Source of the DNA: a bacterium
Lineage (GTDB): Bacteria > Krumholzibacteriota > Krumholzibacteriia > LZORAL124-64-63
Length of the DNA: 64,000 nucleotides
Assembly (NCBI GenBank): GCA_016706845.1
Contig: JADJIV010000022.1
Coordinates: 412 to 64,411 of the forward strand
Reading direction: 5' to 3'
Shown piece after piece: positions 1-8,861 of this stretch. The notes under the pieces are model-generated. The model was not told where the DNA came from and searched no databases. It was given only the letters and a program-made list of their open reading frames with translations. Position numbers and translations under genes: made by a program. Positions within the stretch are counted from its first letter, which is position 1. Each line of letters starts with the position of its first letter.

Positions 1-702
1 GTAGAGGAAGGCGGGGATGTCGAAGACCTGCCGGTTGAGCACCGTGCCCAGCACGTTCACGCCCTGGCTGCGCAGGTTGTTGATGCCGTTGCGCACGACT
101 TCGTGCCGCAGCCGCCGGGCCTCGATCACCACGACGGCGCCGAGCGTCGGGCGCGCCAGGTGCCCCACGTCGATGGAGGCGGAAATGGGAGGCGCGTCCA
201 CGATGCAGAAGGCGAACTGGTCCGCCAGGCGGTCCAGCAGGTCCCGGTAGTAGCCGCCCACGAGGTAGTCCGTCTGCTTGATCGAGCGGCTGCCGTTGGG
301 CAGGACAACGAACTGGCGCCCGCGCATCAGGTTGTCCGCTTCCGCGGGGCTCTCGAGCAGGGTGCGGAAATCCGCGCTCTCGTTGACGGAGCGCACCGCC
401 GGCGACTGGAAGTTGGCATCGATCCAGACCACGCGCTTGATCAGGATCAGCGACAGGTGCCGGGCGACGTTGTAGGACACGTAGCTGCTGCCTTCGCCGC
501 TCATCGTCGCGGCGAAGGTCACGCTGACGCCCTTGTCGCCCTGGTGCAGGTTGATCAAGGCGTTGGCGAGCCGCTCGAACTCGGCCATCTGCTCGGTCGG
601 CGGCGCCGGGAAGTGGCTGCCGCTGTCGATGGTCTCGAGGCTGTAGGCAAAGTCCACCACGTTGCCGGATCGCCTCTGCATCGCCGCCAGGATCTTGCTC
701 AT
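1..702 (-). CDS. CpsD/CapB-like (BY-kinase / ParA-MinD fold) P-loop ATPase domain protein. The C-terminus is cut by the window edge and the Walker A lysine is absent.
   Basis: Not in the ORF track because it runs off the left edge. My reverse-strand translation from ATG 702-700 reads MSKILAAMQRRSGNVVDFAYSLETIDSGSHF...TFAATMSGEGSSYVSYNVARHLS...VVWIDANFQSP...FCIVDAPPISASID...VLGTVLNRQ. These are Walker A-like, A'-like and Walker B-like blocks in the order seen in CpsD/Wzc-type ATPases. A purine-rich SD lies upstream (GGGGAGTAGAGGAC before the ATG). Confidence 0.6.
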   Translation of the reverse strand, partial: MSKILAAMQRRSGNVVDFAYSLETIDSGSHFPAPPTEQMAEFERLANALINLHQGDKGVSVTFAATMSGEGSSYVSYNVARHLSLILIKRVVWIDANFQSPAVRSVNESADFRTLLESPAEADNLMRGRQFVVLPNGSRSIKQTDYLVGGYYRDLLDRLADQFAFCIVDAPPISASIDVGHLARPTLGAVVVIEARRLRHEVVRNGINNLRSQGVNVLGTVLNRQVFDIPAFLY

Positions 703-927
703 GTCCTCTACTCCCCCTGCTGGTCCGACACCGTCACGATCGTGACGGGATCACAAACAGGTCTGCGCGACCAGCGTACGTATTTCTGGGCGATGTCAGA
801 CGGTCGAACGGGATGTGCCCGGTCCAAAGAACAGATCGGCCCTATTGGACGTCACTTTAGCAAGTTCCTCGCCAGACTCCCTGTAGGTGGGGCAAGAGTC
901 GCGTAGTCGGTTTCAATATCTGTTATC

Positions 928-956
928 ATGATAATCGTGTTGACCCGGAGCGTCAA
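928..956 (-). promoter_or_regulatory. Putative sigma-70-type promoter (TTGACG-17 nt-TATCAT) facing the ATPase gene. It overlaps a 12-bp palindrome, TTATCATGATAA (923-934).
   Basis: The reverse complement of 921-960 reads ttgcTTGACGctccgggtcaacacgatTATCATgataaca, with a spacer of exactly 17 nt. It lies in the 390-nt divergent intergenic region 703-1094. Confidence 0.3.
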
Positions 957-1094
957 GCAAGCCGGATCTGCCTGTTCCCGGCCGCGGGGGAATTTTTGGT
1001 CTCCAGGCTTGTAGGAACGGATTGGTTGCCGTTACGCCGGTCTGCCGCTACTGTCGGCCGGAGCCCCGCCCCGCCCCTACGAGGATCGAGGATC

Positions 1095-2066
1095 ATGTTG
1101 CGGTCACTGATCGTCCTGGTGTCCCTGACCGTCGCTACCGCGACGGCCGCCGGCCCCTGGCCCGTCCGGGTCCCCGCGGACGTCACCCGCCCCGACCTAC
1201 CCCCCTCCCCCGCCCTGCGCGGCGGCGACCCCGGCTGCGCCAGCGCGCCCGTCCAGGCCGTCGCCCCGGGCCTCGATACGGTGATCACCGGCGACACCAC
1301 CGGCGGCGTCTCGGCGGTCGACGGTTACGGCTGCGTGGGCTGGGTCGAGAGCGGCCCCGAATCGGTGCTGCTGCTGGACGTGCCCGTTTCGACGACCCTG
1401 CACCTGATCCTGGAGTCGACCGCCGACCTGGACCTGTTCCTGCTCTCGGGCTGCGACAGCGACCTCTGCGTGGCCCACCACACCCGCGAGTTCGTGGTCG
1501 CGGTCGATGGGCGGGCCGAGCCCTGGGTCGTGGTCATCGACGGCTACCAGGGCGCCTCGGGCCCCTGGAGCCTGACGGTGCGGGCCTTCCCTGCGGGCGT
1601 GCCGCCGGAGGTCTGCGCGACCGCCACGCCCCTGCTCTGCCGGACGTCGGCCCACAACGCCGAGGGCAGCCTCTACGGCCTGCCCAACCAGCTCTTCACC
1701 GACGACTGCGCGGGCTACCTCGAGGCGGGCGGCGAGCAGTGGTACGCGGTGAGCCTGGCCGACAGCGCCCGGGCCACGCTCACCCTGAGCGAACAGACCT
1801 TCGACGCCGCGTTGTGGCTCTTCGACGGCTGCGAGGCGACCGCCGACTGCGTCGCCTTCGCCGACCACGGCGTCTCGGGGTCGCAGGAGGTCCTGGTCTA
1901 CCGCAACCTCACCGGCGCGCGGCGGACCTACTACCTCGCCGTGGACGCGGCCCAGCCGCCGTCAGGCGAGTTCGACGGGTACTACTTCCTGGAGTCGGTC
2001 TGCACGGACGGGATCGTCGCCAACGAAACAACGGCCTGGGGCACCATCAAGTCCTTCTACCGTTGA
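1095..2066 (+). CDS. Secreted protein with two pre-peptidase C-terminal (PPC)-like beta-sandwich repeats. It ends in a WGTIKSFYR tail.
   Basis: Internal ATG at 1095 of ORF 996..2066 gives MLRSLIVLVSLTVATATAAG, which looks like a signal peptide. There are two copies of a PPC-like pattern: LHLILESTADLDLFLLSGCDSDLC...VVVIDGYQG and WYAVSLADSARATLTLSEQTFDAALWLFDGCEATADC...YYLAVDAAQ. Confidence 0.55.
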   Translation: MLRSLIVLVSLTVATATAAGPWPVRVPADVTRPDLPPSPALRGGDPGCASAPVQAVAPGLDTVITGDTTGGVSAVDGYGCVGWVESGPESVLLLDVPVSTTLHLILESTADLDLFLLSGCDSDLCVAHHTREFVVAVDGRAEPWVVVIDGYQGASGPWSLTVRAFPAGVPPEVCATATPLLCRTSAHNAEGSLYGLPNQLFTDDCAGYLEAGGEQWYAVSLADSARATLTLSEQTFDAALWLFDGCEATADCVAFADHGVSGSQEVLVYRNLTGARRTYYLAVDAAQPPSGEFDGYYFLESVCTDGIVANETTAWGTIKSFYR

Positions 2067-2182
2067 GGGTTGCACCCCGCAAATTCCCGCCGTCGGTTTG
2101 CATTCTTGATCTCCCGGACTGCTGCCTATAGTCTTGGCGGATCCGACGGACCGCCTCTCTCGGGAGACCAGGAAGGATCCCC

Positions 2183-3871
2183 ATGTCCGCTGCCGCGAAA
2201 CCCTCCCGGCGCCCGCCCCGCGTCGCCGCCACCGCCCAGAGCATGGCCGAGAAACAGCGCGAGATCTCCATCAGCGAGTTCTTCACCAAGAACCGCCACC
2301 TGCTGGGCTTCGATTCGCCCGCCAAGGCGCTGATGACGACCATCAAGGAGGCCGTCGACAACTCCCTGGACGCCTGCGAGGAGGCCGGCATCCTGCCCGA
2401 GGTGCTGGTCGAGATCCAGCCGGTGGGCAACGGCAAGCGCAACGGCGCCGAGGTCGAGACGGTCCTGGAACTCGAGGCCGAGCCGGAGAAGCCGTCGCGC
2501 CGCAAGGGCGCCGTGGCCCCGGTCAAGGAGGAGCGCTACCGGGTCATCGTGGAGGACAACGGGCCGGGCATCGTGCGCCAGCAGGTGCCGCGCATCTTCG
2601 GCAAGCTGTTGTACGGATCGAAGTTCCACAGCCTGCGCCAGAGCCGCGGCCAGCAGGGCATCGGCATCTCGGCCGCCGGCATGTACGGGCAGCTGACCAC
2701 CGGCAAGCCGGTGGTGATCGTCAGCCGCACCGCCCAGCAGGACCGCGGCCACCGCTTCGAACTCATGCTGGACATGAAGAAGAACGAGCCGGTCGTCCAG
2801 AAGGACGAGGAGTGCGACTGGGAGCGCCCCCACGGCACCCGCGTGGAGATCGAGCTGACGGGCTCCTACAAGCGCGGCCAGCACTCCGTCGACGTCTACC
2901 TCCAGCAGACCGCCGTCGCGAACCCGCACGTGCGGCTGATCTACCGCTCGCCGCGCGGCGACGAGATGATCTACCCGCGGGCCGCCGCCGAGCTGCCCGT
3001 CGAGGCGCACGAGATCCAGCCCCACCCCTACGGCGTGGAGCTGGGCATGCTGCTGCGGATGCTCAAGGAGACCAAGCAGCGCAACCTGTCGGGCTTCCTG
3101 CGCCACGAGTTCTGCCGGGTCGGCCCCAAGACCGCCGACCAGATCCTCGAGACCGCCGGCCTGCCTGCGACCAAGTCGCCGCGCCACACCGACCAGGACG
3201 AGGTCCAGCGGCTGATGGACGCCATCGCCGCCACCAAGATCCCCAGCCCGCCCACCGACTGCCTCTCGCCCATCGGCGAGCCGCTGGTGCTGGCCGGGCT
3301 GAAGCAGCGGCTGGACGCCGAGTTCACGACGGCCGTCACCCGCCCGCCGTCGGTCTACCGCGGCAACCCCTTCCAGGTGGAAGTGGGCCTGGCCTACGGC
3401 GGCGGCCTGCCCGCCGACGACCTGGCCCAGGTGCTGCGCTTCGCCAACCGCGTGCCGCTGCTCTACCAGGCCTCGGCCTGCGCCATCCACAAGGCCGTGC
3501 TGACCAACAACTGGCGCAGCTACGGCCTGCAGCAGTCCCGCGGCGCCCTGCCGTCGGGGCCGCTGGTGATCTTCGTGCACATGGCGTCGGTCTGGGTGCC
3601 GTTCACTTCGGAGAGCAAGGAGGCGGTGGCCCACTACCCGGAGATCGTCAAGGAGATCAGGCTGGCGCTGCAGGAGGCCGGCCGCCAGCTGCAGATCCAC
3701 ATCCGCAGGCGCGTGCGCGAGCGCGAGGCGCTGAAGAAGCAGGGCTATATCCAGAAGTACATTCCCCACATCGGCGACGCGCTGCGCGACATGCTGCACC
3801 TGGACGAGGGCGAGCGGACGGAGATCATCGCCACGCTCACCGACACCCTGGAACGCAGCCGCAAGATTTAA
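2183..3871 (+). CDS. top6B: DNA topoisomerase VI subunit B (type IIB topoisomerase ATPase, GHKL/Bergerat fold)
   Basis: 562-aa ORF. It contains [42 protein letters not shown] (N-box) and IVEDNGPGI (G1 box). AGGAAGGA SD about 6 nt before ATG 2183. An alternative in-frame ATG is at 2243. Confidence 0.9.
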   Translation: MSAAAKPSRRPPRVAATAQSMAEKQREISISEFFTKNRHLLGFDSPAKALMTTIKEAVDNSLDACEEAGILPEVLVEIQPVGNGKRNGAEVETVLELEAEPEKPSRRKGAVAPVKEERYRVIVEDNGPGIVRQQVPRIFGKLLYGSKFHSLRQSRGQQGIGISAAGMYGQLTTGKPVVIVSRTAQQDRGHRFELMLDMKKNEPVVQKDEECDWERPHGTRVEIELTGSYKRGQHSVDVYLQQTAVANPHVRLIYRSPRGDEMIYPRAAAELPVEAHEIQPHPYGVELGMLLRMLKETKQRNLSGFLRHEFCRVGPKTADQILETAGLPATKSPRHTDQDEVQRLMDAIAATKIPSPPTDCLSPIGEPLVLAGLKQRLDAEFTTAVTRPPSVYRGNPFQVEVGLAYGGGLPADDLAQVLRFANRVPLLYQASACAIHKAVLTNNWRSYGLQQSRGALPSGPLVIFVHMASVWVPFTSESKEAVAHYPEIVKEIRLALQEAGRQLQIHIRRRVREREALKKQGYIQKYIPHIGDALRDMLHLDEGERTEIIATLTDTLERSRKI

Positions 3872-3915
3872 CGAAGTATCTGACGGCGTCCGCAGCCGCC
3901 GCAACGGGAGCGACC

Positions 3916-5409
3916 ATGAACCAGTCCTACGAATTCTACCGGGAACGGATGGCGGAGATCCAGGCCCTGAACTCGGCCCTGTCCCTGCTGTCCTGGGACC
4001 AGGAGACCCTGATGCCGCCGCGCGGCCTCTCCGCGCGCTCCACGACCCGCGCGGCGCTGGCCGGGCTGGTGCACGACCGCGCCACCGACCCCGCCCTGGG
4101 CGCGCTGCTGGAGGAACTCGCCGGCGCCGGCCTGGACACCACCGCGACGGCCAACGTGCGCGAATCCCTGCGCGACCACCGGCGCGCCGTGCTCGTGCCC
4201 CGCGACCTCGTGACCGAACTGGCGGAGACCACCACCCTGGCGCAGCAGGCCTGGGTCGAGGCGCGCTCCCGCAACGAATGGCCGCTCTTCGCGCCGCTGC
4301 TGGGGCACATCGTCGGCCTGAAGCGCCGCGAAGCCGAGGCCCTGGGCTACCGGGACGAGCCCTACGACGCGCTGCTGGACGAGTTCGAGCCGGGAGCCCG
4401 CGCCGCCGACCTGGCGCGGATCTTCGCCGAGGTGCGCACCGCGCTGGTGCCGCTGGTGGAGGCCGCGCGCCGCGACCCCGCCGACCGCGGCGAGGACCTG
4501 CTGCGCGGCGACCTGCCGGTCGCGGCCCAGGACGCCCTGGGCCGCCACATCCTGAAGGACCTGGGCTTCGACCTCGAAGGCGGGCGTCTGGACGTCTCGG
4601 CCCACCCCTTCTCCACGCAGATCGCGCCGGGCGACGTGCGCCTGACGACCCACTACGACGCCGCCGACCTGCAGAAGTCCCTCTACTCCACGATCCACGA
4701 GGCCGGCCACGGCATGTACGAGCAGGGGCTGCCCGCCGGCCAGATCGGCCTGCCCCTGGGCGAGGCCGTCAGCCTGGGCGTCCACGAGTCCCAGTCGCGG
4801 CTGTGGGAGAACCAGATCGGGCGGTCGCGCGCGTTCATGAGCTACCTGCTGCCGCTGCTGCGCCGGCACTTCCCGGGACGCTTCGACGGCGTCGCGCCCG
4901 AGCAGCTCGACCGCGCCGTGAACGTGGTGCGCCCCTCGGCGATCCGCATCGAAGCCGACGAGGTGACCTACACCCTGCACATCGTGCTGCGCATGGAGCT
5001 GGAGCGGGCGTTGCTGCGCGGCGAGATCGACGTCGCCGACCTGCCCTCGCTCTGGAACGAGCGGATGCGCGCGGACCTGGGCGTGACCCCGGCCGACGAC
5101 GCCGAGGGCGTCCTGCAGGACATCCACTGGTCCTTCGGCCTGTTCGGGTACTTCCCGACCTACGCCCTGGGCAACCTCTACGCGGCCGAACTGCACCTCG
5201 CGGCGAAGCGGGCCCTGCCCGGCCTGGACGACGACGTCGCGCGCGGCGACTTCCTGCCGCTGCTGGCCTGGCTGCGGGAGAACATCCACCGGCGCGGCCG
5301 CGAGTTCGCGCCGCGGGAGCTGGTGCGTGCGGCGACGGGCCGTGAGCCCGGCTCCGGCGCCTACCTCGACTACCTGCGCGCCAAGTTCGGCGCGCTGTAC
5401 GCCGTCTGA
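3916..5409 (+). CDS. M32 family metallocarboxypeptidase (Taq-type carboxypeptidase)
   Basis: C-terminal 497 aa of ORF 2134..5409, starting at ATG 3916 (MNQSYEFYRERMAEIQALNSALSLLSWDQETLMP). Contains HEAGHGMYEQG (HExxH) and GVHESQSRLWEN, both M32 signatures. The upstream part of that ORF is an out-of-frame shadow of top6B. Confidence 0.9.
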   Translation: MNQSYEFYRERMAEIQALNSALSLLSWDQETLMPPRGLSARSTTRAALAGLVHDRATDPALGALLEELAGAGLDTTATANVRESLRDHRRAVLVPRDLVTELAETTTLAQQAWVEARSRNEWPLFAPLLGHIVGLKRREAEALGYRDEPYDALLDEFEPGARAADLARIFAEVRTALVPLVEAARRDPADRGEDLLRGDLPVAAQDALGRHILKDLGFDLEGGRLDVSAHPFSTQIAPGDVRLTTHYDAADLQKSLYSTIHEAGHGMYEQGLPAGQIGLPLGEAVSLGVHESQSRLWENQIGRSRAFMSYLLPLLRRHFPGRFDGVAPEQLDRAVNVVRPSAIRIEADEVTYTLHIVLRMELERALLRGEIDVADLPSLWNERMRADLGVTPADDAEGVLQDIHWSFGLFGYFPTYALGNLYAAELHLAAKRALPGLDDDVARGDFLPLLAWLRENIHRRGREFAPRELVRAATGREPGSGAYLDYLRAKFGALYAV

Positions 5410-5438
5410 CCCGCCCGGCGGGAGACTGGGAGAACGAC

Positions 5439-6667
5439 GTGTCCGAGAAGAAACCCGACCGCGAGCAGCCCGAGCTGGCCTTCGGCTCCGCCCGGCCGCC
5501 GCTGCCGCCGAAGCCGGCCCCGAAACCGGCCGCGAAGAAGGCGGCGCCGGGGCGCACCGCCCGCACGGCCGCCCGGCCGGCCGGCGGCGAAACCCTGCTG
5601 AAGCGCATCGCCAAGGAGGCGGGCGACGTCCGCACGAGCATCCTGAAGGGCCGCAAGCCGACGCTGCGCTTCCCGGTGCGCTCGCTGCAGAACGTGACCT
5701 ACCAGCCCGGCGTGGGCTACTTCGAGCTGAAGGGCCGCGAGAAGGAGCGCACCCTGACCGTCAGCACGGTCAAGACCTTCGCCCAGACGCTCAAGATGAT
5801 GTCCCTCTCGCAGGAGCTGGTCCGCACCGACGACATCGCCACCAAGCGAGAAGCCTACTACGTCAGCAAGAACTGGGCGGAGGCGCGCTTCAAGGAGCAG
5901 CCCGAGTCCGACGCGGTCATGGAGGACGTCGAGGCGTTCTTCGGGGTCAACCGCGAGCAGCTCGGCTTCGTGCCCGAGGAGAAGGGCGGCGACGTGGCGG
6001 GCCGGCTGGTGGTCATCGACCAGGACCGCGACACCGGCGAGACGCTGCGCATCGACTGCACCCGCTTCGGCAGCGGGGCCTACTCGATCCCCATCTCGGT
6101 CGAGACGCTCGGCTTCGAGACCGACGCCGACTTCATCCTCTGCATCGAGACCGCGGGCATGTTCCAGCGCCTGGTGAAGCACAACTACTGGAAGCAGGCC
6201 AACTGCGTCCTGGTCTCGCTGGGGGGGTGCCCACGCGCGCCTGCCGCCGCTTCGTGCGCCGGCTCGCCGACGAGAAGAACATCCCGGTCTACGTCTTCGT
6301 CGACGGGGACCCGTACGGCTTCTCCAACATCTACCGCACGCTCAAGGTCGGCAGCGGCAACGCCGCCCACCTCAACGAGTTCTTCTGCGTGCCGCAGGCC
6401 CGTTTCCTGGGCATCACGCCCCAGGACATCATCGACTACGAGCTGCCCACCCACCCCCTGAAGGACGTGGACATCAAGCGGGCCAAGGACGCCCTGAAGA
6501 ACGACCCCTTCATCCTGCACCACAAACAGTGGCAGCTAGCCATGCATCAAATGATTAAGATGGGGGTGCGCGCCGAGCAGCAGGCCCTGGCCAAGCACGG
6601 CCTCAACTACGTCATCGACGAGTACCTGCCCCGCAAGCTGGGCGACGTGAAGGCGTTCCTACCCTGA
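5439..6667 (+). pseudogene. top6A: DNA topoisomerase VI subunit A (Spo11-like), disrupted as assembled by a 1-nt frameshift in a G7 run at 6221-6227
   Basis: Frame 0 (GTG 5439) gives ...KREAYYVSKNW...ILCIETAGMFQRLVKHNYWKQANCVLVSLGG. Frame 2 continues from 6227 with VPTRACRRFVRRLADEKNIPVYVFVDGDPYGFSNIYRTLK...EQQALAKHGL (Toprim DGDPYG). One extra G would restore SLGGVPTR. GGGAGAA SD upstream of 5439. Confidence 0.85.
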
Positions 6668-6678
6668 GGAGACCGATC

Positions 6679-7491
6679 ATGAGACACCCCCACCGTGACA
6701 CGGCGGCCATGCTGGCGCTGACCCTGGCCCTGCTGGCGGGCTGCGCCACCACCGGCCCGCACGGCGAGCAGAGCCTGATCCTGATCGACACCCCCACCGA
6801 GATCCAGATGGGCATGGAGACCGACGTCGGCATCCGCCAGGAGTACCCGGTCCACACCGGCGCCGCCCTGAACGCCTACGTCGCCGAGGTGGGCGCGCGC
6901 GTGGCCGCGCACAGCGAGCGCAAGGACGTCACGTACACCTTCACGCTGCTCGAGAGCGACATCGTCAACGCCTTCGCCGCCCCCGGGGGGTACATCTACG
7001 TGACCACCGGGCTGTTGAAGGCCGCCCACGACGAGTCCGAGCTGGCCGGCGTGATGGCCCACGAGCTGGGCCACGTCATCGGCCGCCACTCCGTACGCCA
7101 GATCCAGCAGGCGATGGGCATGCAGATGGCCGCCGAGCTGCTGCTCGGCGACACCCAGGGCGCCGCCTGGCAGCAGGTGGCCGGCCTGGGCGCCGGGCTG
7201 TTCACGATGAAGAACAGCCGCGACCACGAATTCCAGGCCGACCAGTTCGGCGTCAAGTACCTCGTCGCCGCGGGCTACGACCCCGAAGGCATCCTGCGCT
7301 TCTTCCAGACGCTGGTCGACATGAGCGGGGAAGGCCAGACCGGCGCCGCCGGCTGGTTCAGCACCCACCCGGCGACCGAGGAGCGGATCACGCGCGCCCG
7401 CGAGGAGATCGCGCTCTACGATCTCGGCAACTCGCCGCGCAACCGTTACCAGGAACGTTTCCGGCAGGCGACCGCGCGGCTGCGCGGCTGA
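6679..7491 (+). CDS. M48 family zinc metalloprotease, lipoprotein
   Basis: 270-aa ORF. LTLALLAGCATT lipobox-like signal. GVMAHELGHVIGRH (HExxH). ...FSTHPATEERI is typical of M48/BepA-like proteases. Confidence 0.8.
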   Translation: MRHPHRDTAAMLALTLALLAGCATTGPHGEQSLILIDTPTEIQMGMETDVGIRQEYPVHTGAALNAYVAEVGARVAAHSERKDVTYTFTLLESDIVNAFAAPGGYIYVTTGLLKAAHDESELAGVMAHELGHVIGRHSVRQIQQAMGMQMAAELLLGDTQGAAWQQVAGLGAGLFTMKNSRDHEFQADQFGVKYLVAAGYDPEGILRFFQTLVDMSGEGQTGAAGWFSTHPATEERITRAREEIALYDLGNSPRNRYQERFRQATARLRG

Positions 7492-7533
7492 CCGCCCCGA
7501 CCGAACCGGACCACCCCGGCGAAAGGCCGACGC

Positions 7534-8178
7534 GTGCGCAGCATCCTGGTCGTCGAACGCAAGCATCTGTTCCCCGGCCTGAGCCCGCAGGGGTTCCTGC
7601 CGCCGGGCAGCGTCGACCTCGACGCCCTGCTGCCGCACCTGTTCTTCGCCGAGCGCGATCACATGGAGCGCAACTCCCACTACAAGCAGATCATCCCCTA
7701 CCTGGTGCTGCACCGCGGCGAGGGGCCGACGGCCCGCGTCCTCTGCTACCAGCGCCGCAGCAAGCACACCGAGCGCCGCCTCGGCGGGCTGTGGTCGGTG
7801 GGCTTCGGCGGGCACGTCGAGCCCCTGGACCGCGACGACCCGGCCATCGCCGCCCACGGCCTGCTGCTCGTGAGCGCGCTGCGGGAACTGGTCGAGGAGA
7901 CCGGCCTGCAGGTGGGCGCGTCCGCCCTGGCGCCCGTCGGGTTCATCAACTCCGACGCGCAGGACGTGTCGAGCGTGCACTTCGGGGTGGTCTTCCGCAT
8001 CGACCTCGACGGCGTCGACGGCTCCGACGAGGACCTGCTGGCGACCGTCAGCGCGCAGGCCGAGCCGGAGCGCGCCCTGTGGCTGCCCGAGGCCGGGCTG
8101 CGCGGCATGGCCGCGCCGGGCGCGGGGCCGGACGGCGGTGACTTCGAGGACTGGTCGAGGATCGTCGTGAACCGCTGA
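7534..8178 (+). CDS. NUDIX-domain hydrolase-like protein
   Basis: 214-aa ORF with GTG start. GGLWSVGFGGHVEP...ALRELVEETGL resembles a NUDIX box (Gx5Ex7REUxEExGU) with an insertion. Confidence 0.5.
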   Translation: MRSILVVERKHLFPGLSPQGFLPPGSVDLDALLPHLFFAERDHMERNSHYKQIIPYLVLHRGEGPTARVLCYQRRSKHTERRLGGLWSVGFGGHVEPLDRDDPAIAAHGLLLVSALRELVEETGLQVGASALAPVGFINSDAQDVSSVHFGVVFRIDLDGVDGSDEDLLATVSAQAEPERALWLPEAGLRGMAAPGAGPDGGDFEDWSRIVVNR

Positions 8179-8444
8179 TAACCGGCGCCGGGAGGAATCG
8201 GGGACACGAACGGACCATCGCTGCTGCTTGCCTGCTCGCCACCGCCGCCGCCGCCTCCGACACCGTCACCATCCCGCCCCTGCAGAGCGGCGACGACGAG
8301 CGCGAGGACGGAGCCGGCGCCTGCCCGCATGAGACCAAATTCACCGCCGGCACCATCTCGGCGGCCCTGCACCTGAAGGTCGGGGGCGAGGCGGCGGGCT
8401 GCGACTCGGAATGGGCCACGAGCCTGGAGTTCGGGCTCGACGCC

Positions 8445-8861
8445 GTGCCGGCGCAGCAGCCGGTGATCTCGGCCGTGCTGACGGTCCGCAAGACCGGCTA
8501 CTCCGACGACTCCGAAGGCTTCCCCTACGTCGGCGTCTTCGCCTACCCCGCGACGGGCGCGCCGGTGACGGTGGACCGCGACGAACTGACCCCCGACACC
8601 GCGCTGGACGTGGTGTTCCCGTCGTCGGCCAACGTCGACCTGAACTTCGACGTCACCGCGGCGGTGCAGACCCTCGTCGACGCCGGCGCGGCGCGGGCGG
8701 GCTTCCTGCTGGCCGGCGCGTACTCCGAGGTGGGCTACGAGGACTGGATTTCCGTGGGGGGCGCGGGCTACGCGGTCCCGCCGCGCCTGGTCGTGGTCTA
8801 CGAGGGCACCGTCCCGACGAGCGCGGGCAGCTGGTCGTCCATCAAGGCCGCCTACCGCTGA
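8445..8861 (+). CDS. Small secreted hypothetical protein ending in a SWSSIKAAYR tail. The true 5' end is probably upstream (about 8200) but has no canonical start codon.
   Basis: The track ORF starts at GTG 8445. The same frame is open from 8163 and reads ...RTIAAACLLATAAAASDTVTIPPLQSGDD..., which looks like a signal peptide, after a GGGAGGA SD at 8189-8195. No ATG, GTG or TTG lies between 8163 and 8445. Confidence 0.45.
   Translation: MPAQQPVISAVLTVRKTGYSDDSEGFPYVGVFAYPATGAPVTVDRDELTPDTALDVVFPSSANVDLNFDVTAAVQTLVDAGAARAGFLLAGAYSEVGYEDWISVGGAGYAVPPRLVVVYEGTVPTSAGSWSSIKAAYR

Noticed and set aside
2134-3915. N-terminal 594 aa of ORF 2134..5409, which would make a 1091-aa protein
   Set aside because: This part is an out-of-frame reading across top6B with Arg/Pro/Gly-rich composition. 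The M32 carboxypeptidase begins at ATG 3916.
6221-6227. Programmed -1 ribosomal frameshift in top6A at G GGG GGG
   Set aside because: There is no downstream pseudoknot-like structure that I can see. At least 16 other indels in unrelated genes make a homopolymer length error the simpler explanation. It is kept as a low-interest finding only for verification.
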